From positions 224,001 through 288,000 of the forward strand of contig JBFMHR010000003.1 in assembly GCA_040751795.1 (NCBI GenBank): DNA of 64,000 nt. Direction: 5' to 3'. Positions within the stretch are counted from its first letter, which is position 1. The number at the start of each line of letters is the position of its first letter. The notes below the pieces were generated by a model. The model worked only from the letters and a program-made list of their open reading frames with translations, searched no databases and had not been told where the DNA came from. Shown piece after piece: positions 49,856 through 59,537 of the stretch. The translations under genes were made by a program, and so were the position numbers. This DNA comes from Thermoplasmatota archaeon. GTDB lineage: Archaea > Thermoplasmatota > Thermoplasmata > UBA10834.

Positions 49856-50304
49856 TCACCACCTCGCATCGGTGATGGTCCAAGTTCGTTTATCGTCTCG
49901 GTGAACTCCGTGATGGTCTTCTGGAACTTCTCGCCTTCACCGGCGGAGATCCACTCGAGCCTCAGCCTGTCCGGGTCGTAGCCGAACTGCTGTATCAGCA
50001 TCTTCAGGAGGGCTATCCTCCTGCGGGTCCTGTAGTTCCCCCCTATGTAGTGGCAGTCCGCCGGGTGGCACCCCGCGACGAGTATGCCGTCCGCGCCCTT
50101 CTTGAACGCCCTCAGGACGAACTCCGGGTCCACACGGGCCGAGCACATCACCCTGATGACCCTGAAGTAGGGCGGCATCTGCAGCCTGCTCACGCCCGCG
50201 AGGTCCGCGCCCGCGTACGAGCACCAGTTGCAGCAGAACACGATTATCTTCGGCTCGAACGCGTGCTCGGCCGCACCGTGCGCCTCCTTCGCCTCGCTGC
50301 TCAT
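49852..50304 (-). CDS. mvhD: MvhD [2Fe-2S] adaptor
   Basis: FCCNWCSYAGAD, RVMCS, GCHPADCHY, WISAGEG. Confidence 0.95.
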   Translation of the reverse strand: MSSEAKEAHGAAEHAFEPKIIVFCCNWCSYAGADLAGVSRLQMPPYFRVIRVMCSARVDPEFVLRAFKKGADGILVAGCHPADCHYIGGNYRTRRRIALLKMLIQQFGYDPDRLRLEWISAGEGEKFQKTITEFTETINELGPSPMRGGE

Positions 50305-53300
50305 CCCTTCACCTCCTGCTTCTTCGGCTGCTCAAGCGCAGCATCGATCATCGCCAGTATCTGCTCGTCCCTGAAGCCCTTCTGCGTCAGGGCCCCCGCA
50401 GGGCACGCGCCCACGCAGGCGCCGCAGCCCTTGCACAGCCCCACGTTGACGCTGACCATCTTCTTCTTCGGGTCGTCCTTGTGGGGCACGATGTCCAGCG
50501 CCTTGTACTCGCAGGTCGGGACGCATATGCCGCAGCCGTCGCACAGGCTCTCGTCGACGCTCGCGACTATGCCCTCCGCCTCGAGGGTCGTCTTCGACAG
50601 GACGGTCATCGCCCTCGCGACGGCCGCCAGGGCCTGGGATATGCTCTCGTCCACGAACTTCGGCCCGTGCGCCAGCCCCGCGAGGTACACGCCCTCGGTG
50701 GCGAAGTCGACCGGCCTCAGCTTCATGTGCGCCTCGAGGAAGAAGCCCTCCTTGGTCAAGGGCACCTTCAGCATCGGCGCGAGCTCCTCGGCGTCGTGCT
50801 GCGGCCTGGTGCCTGACGCGAGGACGAGGTAGTCGGGCCTGAGGACCAGCAGCTTGCCGGTGTCCTCCTCGGTCACCTTGACCTCCAGCTTCCCGCCCTT
50901 GTCCTCCACGACGGGCTTCTTCTCGTCGTCGAACCTGACGAACTTGACGCCCTTCTGCGAGGCCTCCTTGTAGTACTTCTCCCTGAAGCCGTAGGTCCTG
51001 ATGTCCCTGAACAGGACGTAGACCTCCGCCTCCGGGTCCTTCTCCTTGACCTTCGTGGCGGCGGTCATCGTGCCCGTGCAGCACACGCGCGAGCAGTTCG
51101 GGTGGTCTCCCTCCCTGGAGCCGACGCACTGTATGAAGGCGTACGACTTCCCCTTGGCCTCGCCCTTCTTGAGCATCTCCTTGAACTCGAGCAGGGTCTT
51201 GACGTTCTTGCTCTTCCCGTAGAGGTACTCGCCCTCGGGCCTGTGCTCCTGCCCGCCGACCGCGAGTATGACAACGCCGTGCTCGACCTCCTTGCCGTCG
51301 GCGAGGGTGGTCTTGAAGTTCCCGACGTACCCCTCGATGTTCTTGACCTTGGCCCCGAGGTGCACGGTTATGTTCTTCTCCGCCCTGACCTCGGCCTCGA
51401 GCCTCTTCACGTGCTCCATCGGGTCGTCGCCGGAGGGCAGGTAGTGCAGCTTCCTCAGGTTGCCCCCGAGCTCCTTCTCCTTCTCCACGAGGTGGACCTT
51501 CACGCCCTGCCTGGCGAGCTCGAGCGCGGCCACCATGCCGCTCACGCCCCCGCCTATGACCAGGGCCTGCTGGTTCACCTTGATGGTGAGGTTCTCGAGC
51601 GGCTCCAGGAGCTTCGACTTGGCGATGGCCATCCTGACGAGGTCCTTGGCCTTCTTGGTGGCGGCCTTGGGCTCGTGCATGTGGATCCAGGAGCACTGGT
51701 CCCTGATGTTCGCCATCTCGAAGAGGTAGGCGTTGAGCCCGGCCTCCCTGATGGTGTTCTGGAACAGCGGCTCGTGGGTCCTGGGCGTGCAGCTCGCGAC
51801 CACGACCCTGTTGAGCTTGTGCTCCTCGACCTTGCCCTTGATGCGCTCCTGCGCGTCCTGGGAGCAGGTGTAGAGGTTCTGCTCGGCGTAGACCACGCCC
51901 GGCAGCGTCTTGGCGTACTCCATGACCTCGGGCACATTGACGACGCCGCCGATGTTGATGCCGCAGTGGCACACGAACACGCCGATCCTCGCCTCCTGCC
52001 CGCCGACGTCCTTCTCCTTGGGGTACTCCTTCTTGGTGACGAGCGTGCCCCTGGCGGAGGCTATCTCCGTCCCGGCCCTGGCCGCGGCCCCGCTCGCCTC
52101 GGCGACCGTCATGGGTATGTCCTTGGGGGACGAGAACGCCCCGCTCACGAACACCCCCGGCCTCGAGGTCTCGACCGGGGTGAACACCCCGGTCTGGCAG
52201 AAGCCGTCGTCGTTGAGGCGGAACTTCATGACGCGGCTCAGCGCCTCCGCGTCGGAGGCAGGCGTCAGCCCGACTGCGAGCACCACGAGGTTGAAGACCT
52301 CCTCCTTCGGCTCGCCGTCCTCGGTGTACTTGAGTATGAGGTTCTTGGTCTTCGGGTCCTCGCTGACCGCGGCTATCCTCGACCGGACGAACCTGATCCC
52401 GTACTCGTCCTTGGCGCGGTTGTAGTACTCGTCGAACTGCTTCCCGAACGCCCTCAGGTCCATGTAGAATATCGAGGGCTTGATGTTGCCGCCGTGCTCC
52501 TTGGCTATGATGGCCTCCTTGACGGAGTACATGCAGCACACGCTGGAGCAGTACTCGTTCCCGCAGTGCTCGTCCCTCGAGCCCACGCACTGTATGAAGG
52601 CGATCTTCTCGGGTATGTCGCCGTCGGAGGGCCTCAGGACGGTGCCGAAGTACGGCCCGGTCGCGCTCAGCATCCTCTCGAACTCGATGCTCGTCACGAC
52701 GTTCTGGTACACGCCGTACCCGTACTCGGGCTTCAGGCGCGCGTTGAACTCCTCGAAGCCGGGCGAGACTATGATCGACCCGACCTGGATCTCGAACACC
52801 CTCTCCTTCTGGTCGTACGCGACGGCCTTGGCCTTGCACTCCTCGGCGCATATGCCGCAGCCGATGCACCTCTCCGGGTCTATGGAGTAGACCAGCGGCA
52901 CGGCCTGGGGGTAGCGCACGAATATGGCCTTGCGGACCTTCGTGCCCTCGTTGTACTCGTCCACGGTCTCGATGGGGCACTTCTGCGCGCAGCTGCCGCA
53001 GCCCGTGCACTTGGTCTCGTCGACCCTGAACGCCCTCTGCTTGACCGTGACGGTGAAGTTGCCCGCCTGCCCGTCCACTATGGCTATGTCCGCGTTCGTT
53101 ATCAGCTGGATGTTGTGGTGCCTGCCCGTCGCGACGAGCTTGGGCGCCATGATGCACATGGCGCAGTCGTTGGTCGGGAAGGTCTTGTCCAGCTGGGCCA
53201 TGACCCCGCCGATGCTCGGCTGCTTCTCCACCAGGTACACCTTGTACCCGGAGTCGGCCAGGTCCAGCGCGGACTGGAGGCCGGATATGCCCCCGCCCAC

Positions 53301-53339
53301 GACCATGACGGCGCCGACCTTGTCAGTTGCGGCCATCAC
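50301..53339 (-). CDS. hdrA: Large tandem HdrA-like flavoprotein (two FAD modules)
   Basis: GGGISG, AQLDKTFPTNDC, ferredoxin insert, VCHCG, second GGGVSG, C-terminal ferredoxin. Confidence 0.93.
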   Translation of the reverse strand: MMAATDKVGAVMVVGGGISGLQSALDLADSGYKVYLVEKQPSIGGVMAQLDKTFPTNDCAMCIMAPKLVATGRHHNIQLITNADIAIVDGQAGNFTVTVKQRAFRVDETKCTGCGSCAQKCPIETVDEYNEGTKVRKAIFVRYPQAVPLVYSIDPERCIGCGICAEECKAKAVAYDQKERVFEIQVGSIIVSPGFEEFNARLKPEYGYGVYQNVVTSIEFERMLSATGPYFGTVLRPSDGDIPEKIAFIQCVGSRDEHCGNEYCSSVCCMYSVKEAIIAKEHGGNIKPSIFYMDLRAFGKQFDEYYNRAKDEYGIRFVRSRIAAVSEDPKTKNLILKYTEDGEPKEEVFNLVVLAVGLTPASDAEALSRVMKFRLNDDGFCQTGVFTPVETSRPGVFVSGAFSSPKDIPMTVAEASGAAARAGTEIASARGTLVTKKEYPKEKDVGGQEARIGVFVCHCGINIGGVVNVPEVMEYAKTLPGVVYAEQNLYTCSQDAQERIKGKVEEHKLNRVVVASCTPRTHEPLFQNTIREAGLNAYLFEMANIRDQCSWIHMHEPKAATKKAKDLVRMAIAKSKLLEPLENLTIKVNQQALVIGGGVSGMVAALELARQGVKVHLVEKEKELGGNLRKLHYLPSGDDPMEHVKRLEAEVRAEKNITVHLGAKVKNIEGYVGNFKTTLADGKEVEHGVVILAVGGQEHRPEGEYLYGKSKNVKTLLEFKEMLKKGEAKGKSYAFIQCVGSREGDHPNCSRVCCTGTMTAATKVKEKDPEAEVYVLFRDIRTYGFREKYYKEASQKGVKFVRFDDEKKPVVEDKGGKLEVKVTEEDTGKLLVLRPDYLVLASGTRPQHDAEELAPMLKVPLTKEGFFLEAHMKLRPVDFATEGVYLAGLAHGPKFVDESISQALAAVARAMTVLSKTTLEAEGIVASVDESLCDGCGICVPTCEYKALDIVPHKDDPKKKMVSVNVGLCKGCGACVGACPAGALTQKGFRDEQILAMIDAALEQPKKQEVKG

Positions 53340-54127
53340 TGCTCACCTCCGATGACGATGGTCTTGTATGTTGGAGTGAACCCCTCCGGGTGCTCCATCG
53401 CTATCATGTTCTTCTGCCTCAGGGCGACGATGTGCCTCAGGACCCTGTCCGTAGGGACGTCCATGATCTGCCCCAGCTCCTTGACGGACCTGGCCCTGCC
53501 CCTGGACAGCTCGAGGATGAGGCTCCTCTCGAACTCCTCCTCCGTCGAGGCGTCTATGATCTTGTCGAGCTCCGCCGGGTCCAGCTTGTTGCCGTAGGCG
53601 TTGCCCTTGTTGACCAGGTTCAGCTCCCTGCCGACGAGCGCCTTGAGCCTGAAGGTCTCCGACGCGCCGTCCGCTGCGGCCACCCTGTCGCCCAGCCTCT
53701 GGTCCTTCCTGACCTTGCTCGGGCCGAGCCTCCTTATGTTCTCGGTGAACTCGGTCACGACCTTGGAGAACTTCTCCCCCTCGGACGCGGAGACCCACTC
53801 CAGCCTGAGCCTCTCGGGCTCGAGCCCGCTCTCCTCGAGCAGGCGCTTCATCAGCCTCACGCGCTTCTCGGTGTAGTAGTTCCCGGAGATGTAGTGGCAG
53901 TCGCCTATGTGGCAGCCGCCCAGGAGCACGCCGTCCGCCCCGGCCCTGAATATGTCGAGGACGAGGTGGGGGCTGATCCTGGTCGAGCACATGACCCTCA
54001 CGGCCCTTATGTTCGTGGGGTACTGGTACCTGCTGACCCCGCACAGGTCGGCGCCCGCGTACGAGCACCAGTTGCACAGGAACCCTATGATCTTCGGCTC
54101 GAACTCCGCCTTGGGTGCGTCGGCCAT
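53336..54127 (-). CDS. mvhD: MvhD fused to C-terminal winged-helix-containing domain
   Basis: CNWCSYAGAD, GCHIGDCHY, then an ~120-aa extension. Confidence 0.9.
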   Translation of the reverse strand: MADAPKAEFEPKIIGFLCNWCSYAGADLCGVSRYQYPTNIRAVRVMCSTRISPHLVLDIFRAGADGVLLGGCHIGDCHYISGNYYTEKRVRLMKRLLEESGLEPERLRLEWVSASEGEKFSKVVTEFTENIRRLGPSKVRKDQRLGDRVAAADGASETFRLKALVGRELNLVNKGNAYGNKLDPAELDKIIDASTEEEFERSLILELSRGRARSVKELGQIMDVPTDRVLRHIVALRQKNMIAMEHPEGFTPTYKTIVIGGEQ

Positions 54128-54130
54128 GGC

Positions 54131-56005
54131 TCACACCTCCTCCTGGAGCGCGGCCTTCGCCTCTGCGAGCAGCTGCGCGTCGGTGTAGTTGGTCATGGTT
54201 ATCGCGCCCTCGGGGCAGGTCGCGCCGCAGCAGCCGCAGCCCTTGCACGCCGCCACGATGACCTCCGCCAGGCCCTTGTCGTTCTTCCTGAGCGCGCCGT
54301 ACGGGCACACCTCTATGCAGGTTCCGCACCCGGTGCACCTGGTCTCGTCGACGACCGAGGTCAGCGCCTCGGCCTGGACGTAGCCCTTGGCCATCGGGAT
54401 CGCGGCCCTCGAGGCCGCGGCCGAGCCCTGCGTGACCGCCTCGGTTATGTCCGCCGGGCCCTTGCAGGTCCCGGCGACGTATATGCCGTCGGTGGCGAAG
54501 TCGACCGGCCTCAGCTTCACGTGCGCCTCCAGGAAGAAGCCCTCCTGGCCCAGCGGCACCTTGAGCATCTTGGACAGCTCGCCCGCGTCCGGCTGCGCCA
54601 CGAGCGGGGTCGACAGGACGACCATGTCGACGGGCATCGTCCTCTCGAGCTTCAGGGTCTCGTGGAAGTACGTGACCTTCAGCTGGTTGTCCTCCATGAA
54701 GACCTTGGGCAGGTGGTCGAGGGTGTACCTGTTGAACTTGACCCTCTTCTCCCTGGCCTTGTTGTAGGTGAGCTCGTGCTCCACGCCGTAGGCCATGACG
54801 TCCCTGTTGAACACGGTGACCTCGATCTTCTCCGACGGCCCGAGCTTGACCTCCTCGGCCTCGCCCTCGGCCTCGCCGCGCCCGCGCCTCCTGCGCCTGC
54901 GCTCGAGGATCTCGTCGGTCGCCTTCTTCTCGACGGGGATCTTCTCGACGACGGTCCCGGCCTTCTCCATGACCCCGAGCATGTTCTCGTAGTTGTCCAC
55001 GATGTTGATGGCGTTCTTGATGGCGACGTTGCAGCAGATCCTGGAGCAGTAGGACATCTTCTGGCCCCTGGACCCGACGCACTGTATGAACGCCACGCTC
55101 TTGAGCTTCGGGAGGGTCTTCTTCTTGCACAGGATCTCGAACTCCGTCAGGGTGACGACGTTAGGGTACTGGTTGTAGCCGTACAGGCCCTCGGGGACGA
55201 ACTCCAGCGCACCGGTGGCGACGACTATCGTGCCGACCTTGAACTTCTTCCCCTCGCCCCCCTTGGGGGCGATGACGACCTCGTAGTTGCCTATGAAGCC
55301 GTCGATGCTCTTGACGGTCGAGTTCAGGTGCAGCGTGATGTTCTTGTGCCCCTTGACCTTGTCTATCAGGGGCTTTATGGTGTCCGTCGCGCCCTTCTCG
55401 GTGACGTAGAGGTTGTTCAGGAGCCTGACGAAGCCCCCGAGCTCCCCCTCCCTCTCGACGAGGTGCACGGGGAAGCCCATGTCGGCCAGCGAGGCCGCGG
55501 CGGTCATCCCGCTGACGCCGCCGCCAATGACCAGCCCGACCGGCTCGACGTCGACCTTCGCCTCCTCCTGGGGCTTTAGCAGCCTGGCCCTCGCGACGCC
55601 CATGCGGATCAGGTCCTTGGCCTTCTTCGAGGCGAGGTCCTTCTCCTTCATGTGCACCCACGAGCAGTGCTCCCTGATGTTCACGAACGTGAACAGGTAC
55701 TTGTTGAGGCCGGCGCCCTCGCAGGTCGCCTGGAACAGGGGCGCGTGCGTCCTGGGCGTGCAGCTCGCCACTATGACCCTGTTCAGGTTGTGCTTCCTGA
55801 TGGCCTCCCTGATGCTGCCGAGCCCGTCCTCCGCGCAGGTGTACATGTTCTGGGTCGCGTACACCACGTCGGGGAGCGTCTTCGCGTAGTCCGCCACGGT
55901 GGGGACGTCCACGAACCCGCCTATGTTGCTCCCGCAGGAGCAGACGAACACGCCTATCCTCGGCTTGTCGACCTCGTTGACCTTGTTCTCAGCCATGTCG
56001 CTCAT
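54131..56005 (-). CDS. hdrA: HdrA-like protein, C-terminal half of a split tandem HdrA
   Basis: VCSCG, SCTPRTH, GGGVSG, CSRICC, C-terminal ferredoxin; ATGA overlap at 56002-56005. Confidence 0.9.
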   Translation of the reverse strand: MSDMAENKVNEVDKPRIGVFVCSCGSNIGGFVDVPTVADYAKTLPDVVYATQNMYTCAEDGLGSIREAIRKHNLNRVIVASCTPRTHAPLFQATCEGAGLNKYLFTFVNIREHCSWVHMKEKDLASKKAKDLIRMGVARARLLKPQEEAKVDVEPVGLVIGGGVSGMTAAASLADMGFPVHLVEREGELGGFVRLLNNLYVTEKGATDTIKPLIDKVKGHKNITLHLNSTVKSIDGFIGNYEVVIAPKGGEGKKFKVGTIVVATGALEFVPEGLYGYNQYPNVVTLTEFEILCKKKTLPKLKSVAFIQCVGSRGQKMSYCSRICCNVAIKNAINIVDNYENMLGVMEKAGTVVEKIPVEKKATDEILERRRRRRGRGEAEGEAEEVKLGPSEKIEVTVFNRDVMAYGVEHELTYNKAREKRVKFNRYTLDHLPKVFMEDNQLKVTYFHETLKLERTMPVDMVVLSTPLVAQPDAGELSKMLKVPLGQEGFFLEAHVKLRPVDFATDGIYVAGTCKGPADITEAVTQGSAAASRAAIPMAKGYVQAEALTSVVDETRCTGCGTCIEVCPYGALRKNDKGLAEVIVAACKGCGCCGATCPEGAITMTNYTDAQLLAEAKAALQEEV

Positions 56006-57297
56006 CCCCCCGCCTGGGCCATGGCCTCGACCGCCTTCGCGGCCGCGCTCGAGCCCTGGGCGACCGCCTCGGGTATGTCCGCCGGGCCGGCCGCGTACCC
56101 CGCGAGGTACACGCCGGGCTTGACGGTCCTGCCCGGGCCGAGGATCCTGTCCGCAGACTCCAGGAACCCGAACTCGTCGACCTTCAGCCCGAGTATCTTC
56201 GCCAGCTCGGCCGTCTCCTTCCTGGGCACCAGCGTGGTGGCCAGGACGACGAGGTCGAACTCCTCGGACTGCTGCCTGCCGCCCACGTCGTACACGACGA
56301 CGGGGTTGTGTGTGTCCGGGTTCTCCTGGACCGTGGCGTCGGAGTTGATGTACCTGACGCCGTAGTCGCGCTTGGCCCTCTCGACGTACTCGTAGAAGCC
56401 CTTGGCGCAGGCCCTCATGTCCTTGTAGAATATGGTGGACTCGATGTCGTCGTAGTGCTCCCTCGCCAGCATCGACTCCTTGGTCGAGTGCATGCAGCAC
56501 ACGGCGCAGCAGTACGGGTGCCCGACCTGCGGGTTCCTCGAGCCGACGCACTGTATGAACGCCATCTTCTTCGGCCTCTCCTTGTCGGAGCGCCTCTGGA
56601 TGTGGCCGTGGGTCGGGCCCGCGGCGTTGATCATCCTCTCGTACTCCATCGCCGTGAAGACGTTGGGGTACCGGCCGTAGCCGTACTCCGTGGACGGGGT
56701 CGGGTCCCAGACGTCGAAGCCGGTGGCGACTATGATCGCGGCGACCTCTATCTCCAGGACCTGGTCCTTCATCTCGTAGTTGATGGCGCCCCTCTTGCAG
56801 ACCTTCATGCAGTTTCCGCACTTGTCCTTGGTCAGCTTGAGGCAGTGCTCCTTGTCGATGGTCATGACCCTGGGGACGGCCTGCATGAACGGGATGTATA
56901 TCGCCTTCCTCGTGGTGAGGCCCATCTCCCAGTCGTTGACGACCTTGCTCGGGCACTTCTCGAGGCACTCCCCGCAGCCGGTGCACTTGGTCTCGTCGAC
57001 GTACCGGGCCTTCTTGAGCACCTTCACCTTGAAGCTGCCGACGCTCCCCTCGACGCCGATCACCTCAGAGTAGGTGATCACATTGGTGTTCGGGTGGCTG
57101 AAGCAGTCGGCCATCTTGGGCGCCAGTATGCATATAGAGCAGTCGTTCGTAGGGAAGGTCTTGTCCAGCTGGGCCATCCTCCCACCGATGCTGGGGGTCT
57201 TCTCGACCAGATGGACGATCAGTCCCTTGTCCGCCAGGTCCAGCGACGCCTGTATCCCGGCGACTCCCCCTCCTATCACCATAACCGCCTTCTCCAT
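56002..57297 (-). CDS. hdrA: HdrA-like protein, N-terminal half of a split tandem HdrA
   Basis: GGGVAG, AQLDKTFPTNDC, ferredoxin insert, QCVGSR, CCAVCC. Confidence 0.92.
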   Translation of the reverse strand: MEKAVMVIGGGVAGIQASLDLADKGLIVHLVEKTPSIGGRMAQLDKTFPTNDCSICILAPKMADCFSHPNTNVITYSEVIGVEGSVGSFKVKVLKKARYVDETKCTGCGECLEKCPSKVVNDWEMGLTTRKAIYIPFMQAVPRVMTIDKEHCLKLTKDKCGNCMKVCKRGAINYEMKDQVLEIEVAAIIVATGFDVWDPTPSTEYGYGRYPNVFTAMEYERMINAAGPTHGHIQRRSDKERPKKMAFIQCVGSRNPQVGHPYCCAVCCMHSTKESMLAREHYDDIESTIFYKDMRACAKGFYEYVERAKRDYGVRYINSDATVQENPDTHNPVVVYDVGGRQQSEEFDLVVLATTLVPRKETAELAKILGLKVDEFGFLESADRILGPGRTVKPGVYLAGYAAGPADIPEAVAQGSSAAAKAVEAMAQAGG

Positions 57298-57505
57298 TCA
57301 AAGTCCTCCACGAGTCCTAAACGATGGTTCCCCTAGTCTACGCCTCACTCGGCTCCGTGATCCTGAACTCAAGGGGTTTGCGCGCCCTGCCGGGCCCCTC
57401 TCCGTAACCTTTCCTCTGTATTATCTGTTTCGTTGGACGGGCGACGAGTGTCGCGCCCCCGGACCTCACGTCCGTGCGGATATCGTCGGCCGGCAGGCGT
57501 CCGCG

Positions 57506-57922
57506 TCACTTGGCCGAAAGGACCTCCTTCGCCTCGGTGTCCTTCTGGATCTCCGTGACCTTGACCTTGAAGGGGGCCTTCTTCCTGCCTTGCATCCCCT
57601 CGGACGCGAACCTCTGGCAGTTCGGGTATGTGCAGGGGGTGCACTTCTTGTCCTTGCACGACAGCTCTATGAGCACGAGCCTGTCCCTGGTGTCCGCGGC
57701 CCCGGTGACCGGCTTCCTGACCTCGAACATCTTGGTCATCCGCGTCTCGTAGGGCTTCTTCTTCGGCTCTATCCTGGCGAACCTCTGGCAGTTCGGGTAG
57801 GTGCACGGGTCGCACTTCTTGTCCTTGCACGACAGCTCGATCAGCAGGACCCTGTCGCCCTGCCCCTTCGCCTGGGCCGCCTCCTTGGCGTCCTTCTCCT
57901 TCTTCTCCGTCTTCGGTGTCAT
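57506..57922 (-). CDS. Small basic protein with duplicated Cx4Cx2Cx4C motif
   Basis: LIELSCKDKKCxPCTYPNCQRFA twice; differences between copies mostly at third positions; in operon. Confidence 0.75.
   Translation of the reverse strand: MTPKTEKKEKDAKEAAQAKGQGDRVLLIELSCKDKKCDPCTYPNCQRFARIEPKKKPYETRMTKMFEVRKPVTGAADTRDRLVLIELSCKDKKCTPCTYPNCQRFASEGMQGRKKAPFKVKVTEIQKDTEAKEVLSAK
57606..57857. repeat. Intragenic direct repeat, ~81 bp x2, 171 bp apart
   Basis: 57606-57686 vs 57777-57857 near-identical. Confidence 0.85.
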
Positions 57923-57941
57923 CCTAACAGTCCTTCGCGTT

Positions 57942-59537
57942 TCATTCAAGCTGCTCAGCGATGGCGACGCTGAGGTCCTTGATCGGTATGTCGACCTGCT
58001 CCTTGGGCACCTGGGTCTTGTTCTCCTGGACGCAGGAGAGGTGTATGAGGCACTTGTAGCACCCCGTCACGAGGCACTCTGCCCCCGTCCTCTTGGCCTC
58101 CTTCAGCCTCTCGACCTGCAGCCTCCTGGAGGTCTCGTCGCAGGTGGCCCATGCGCTCACGCCGCAGCAGAGGGCCTTGTCCCGGACGTTCTCCATCTCC
58201 AGGATCTGCGTGCCCTTGGAGGCGGTCAGGGCGCTCCTGGGCTGGTCGTATATGCCCATGTGCCTGCCGAGCCTGCACGAGTCCTGGAAGGTGAGCTTCC
58301 GGGCGCTGTCCTTCAGCCTGAGCCTGCCCTCCTTGACCAGGTCGTCCACGAACTCCGAGATGTGGACCATCTCGAAGGGGTGGTCCCCGGCCAGCTCCTG
58401 GTAGTCCAGGTCGAACGTGCGCATGCACTCGGGGCACGAGAAGACGACCTTCTTGGCCCCCGAGGCCTTTATGACCTCGAGGTTCTTCTTCATCAGCTTC
58501 TGGAGCGCCGCCTCGTCCCCCGTCCAGTTGAGGTCGTGCCCGCAGCAGACCTCGTCGTTGCTGACGGCCGGGACAATGCCCGCCCTGTTCATAATCTTTA
58601 CGACCGCCCGGGGTATGCCAGACAGGTCCAGCTTCCTCTCCTTGAATATCGCGTCGAAGTACGGCGCGCAGCCCGTGAAGAAGAAGACCTCGCCCTTGTC
58701 GGCTATCTTGAGTTCGGGGGTGACCCAGCTGAGCCTGTCCTGCTTGAAGCTCCCGTGGGCCATGATCCTCATCACGCCCTGCATGAGCCCGCCCTGGGAG
58801 CAGGCGGGGTCGTTCTCGAGGGCGACGGCCTCGCCCCTGAGGCCCCGTATGAACCCGGAGTAGTCGACCTTGTACGGGCACATGGAGTTGCACTGCTCGC
58901 AGGTGACGCAGGTCCATATGTCCTTGTCCTTAGAGAGGTTGCCCACCTGCCCCTCGGTCGCCCTCAGGACTATGGTCCTCGGGGCGAACTCGGTGTTGTA
59001 CTTGGCGACGGGGCAGACGGTGGTGCACTTCCCGCACTCGACGCAGTCGAAGGCCCCCGTGTCCTCGATGAGCGCGTCTATGCGCTGCTTGAGGGTGTCG
59101 GGGTTCCTGGTGGCCCTCTTCACCTTGGGCATCGGGTTGGGGCCGAGCGCCCTGACCTGCTCGGTGAACTCCTTCATGGTCGCGGCGAACTTCTGGCCCT
59201 CCGAGGCGGAGATCCACTCCAGCCTCATCCGGTCCCTGCCCACGCCGAGCCTGTCGAGGACCTCCTTCACGGACTCCATCCGCTTCTCCGCCTCGACGTT
59301 CCCGGATATGTAGTGGCAGTCGCCAATGTGGCACCCGGCGACGAGCACTCCGTCCGCGCCGAGCTCGAGCGCCCTCACGATGAAGTAAGGCTCGACCCTG
59401 CCGGAGCACATCACCCTTATGACGCGCGCGTTGGGCGGGTACTGCATCCTGCCCACGCCCGCGAGGTCCGCGCCCGCGTACGAGCACCAGTTGCAGCAGA
59501 AGGCCACTATGTTCGGCTCGAAACGCTCCTCGGTCAG
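57942..59537 (-). CDS. MvhD-HdrD fusion (MvhD, 2x[4Fe-4S], two CCG domains)
   Basis: FCCNWCSYAGAD; CVECGKC, CVTCEQC; VCCGH, LCCGV; likely CTG start. Confidence 0.9.
   Translation of the reverse strand: MTEERFEPNIVAFCCNWCSYAGADLAGVGRMQYPPNARVIRVMCSGRVEPYFIVRALELGADGVLVAGCHIGDCHYISGNVEAEKRMESVKEVLDRLGVGRDRMRLEWISASEGQKFAATMKEFTEQVRALGPNPMPKVKRATRNPDTLKQRIDALIEDTGAFDCVECGKCTTVCPVAKYNTEFAPRTIVLRATEGQVGNLSKDKDIWTCVTCEQCNSMCPYKVDYSGFIRGLRGEAVALENDPACSQGGLMQGVMRIMAHGSFKQDRLSWVTPELKIADKGEVFFFTGCAPYFDAIFKERKLDLSGIPRAVVKIMNRAGIVPAVSNDEVCCGHDLNWTGDEAALQKLMKKNLEVIKASGAKKVVFSCPECMRTFDLDYQELAGDHPFEMVHISEFVDDLVKEGRLRLKDSARKLTFQDSCRLGRHMGIYDQPRSALTASKGTQILEMENVRDKALCCGVSAWATCDETSRRLQVERLKEAKRTGAECLVTGCYKCLIHLSCVQENKTQVPKEQVDIPIKDLSVAIAEQLE

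Noticed and set aside
55990-56010. Split hdrA as a frameshifted pseudogene
   Set aside because: The break falls at the module boundary with an ATGA overlap and GGGGGG SD; both halves keep their motifs
57606-57857. CRISPR-like repeat
   Set aside because: Only two copies, in-frame coding, no cas genes
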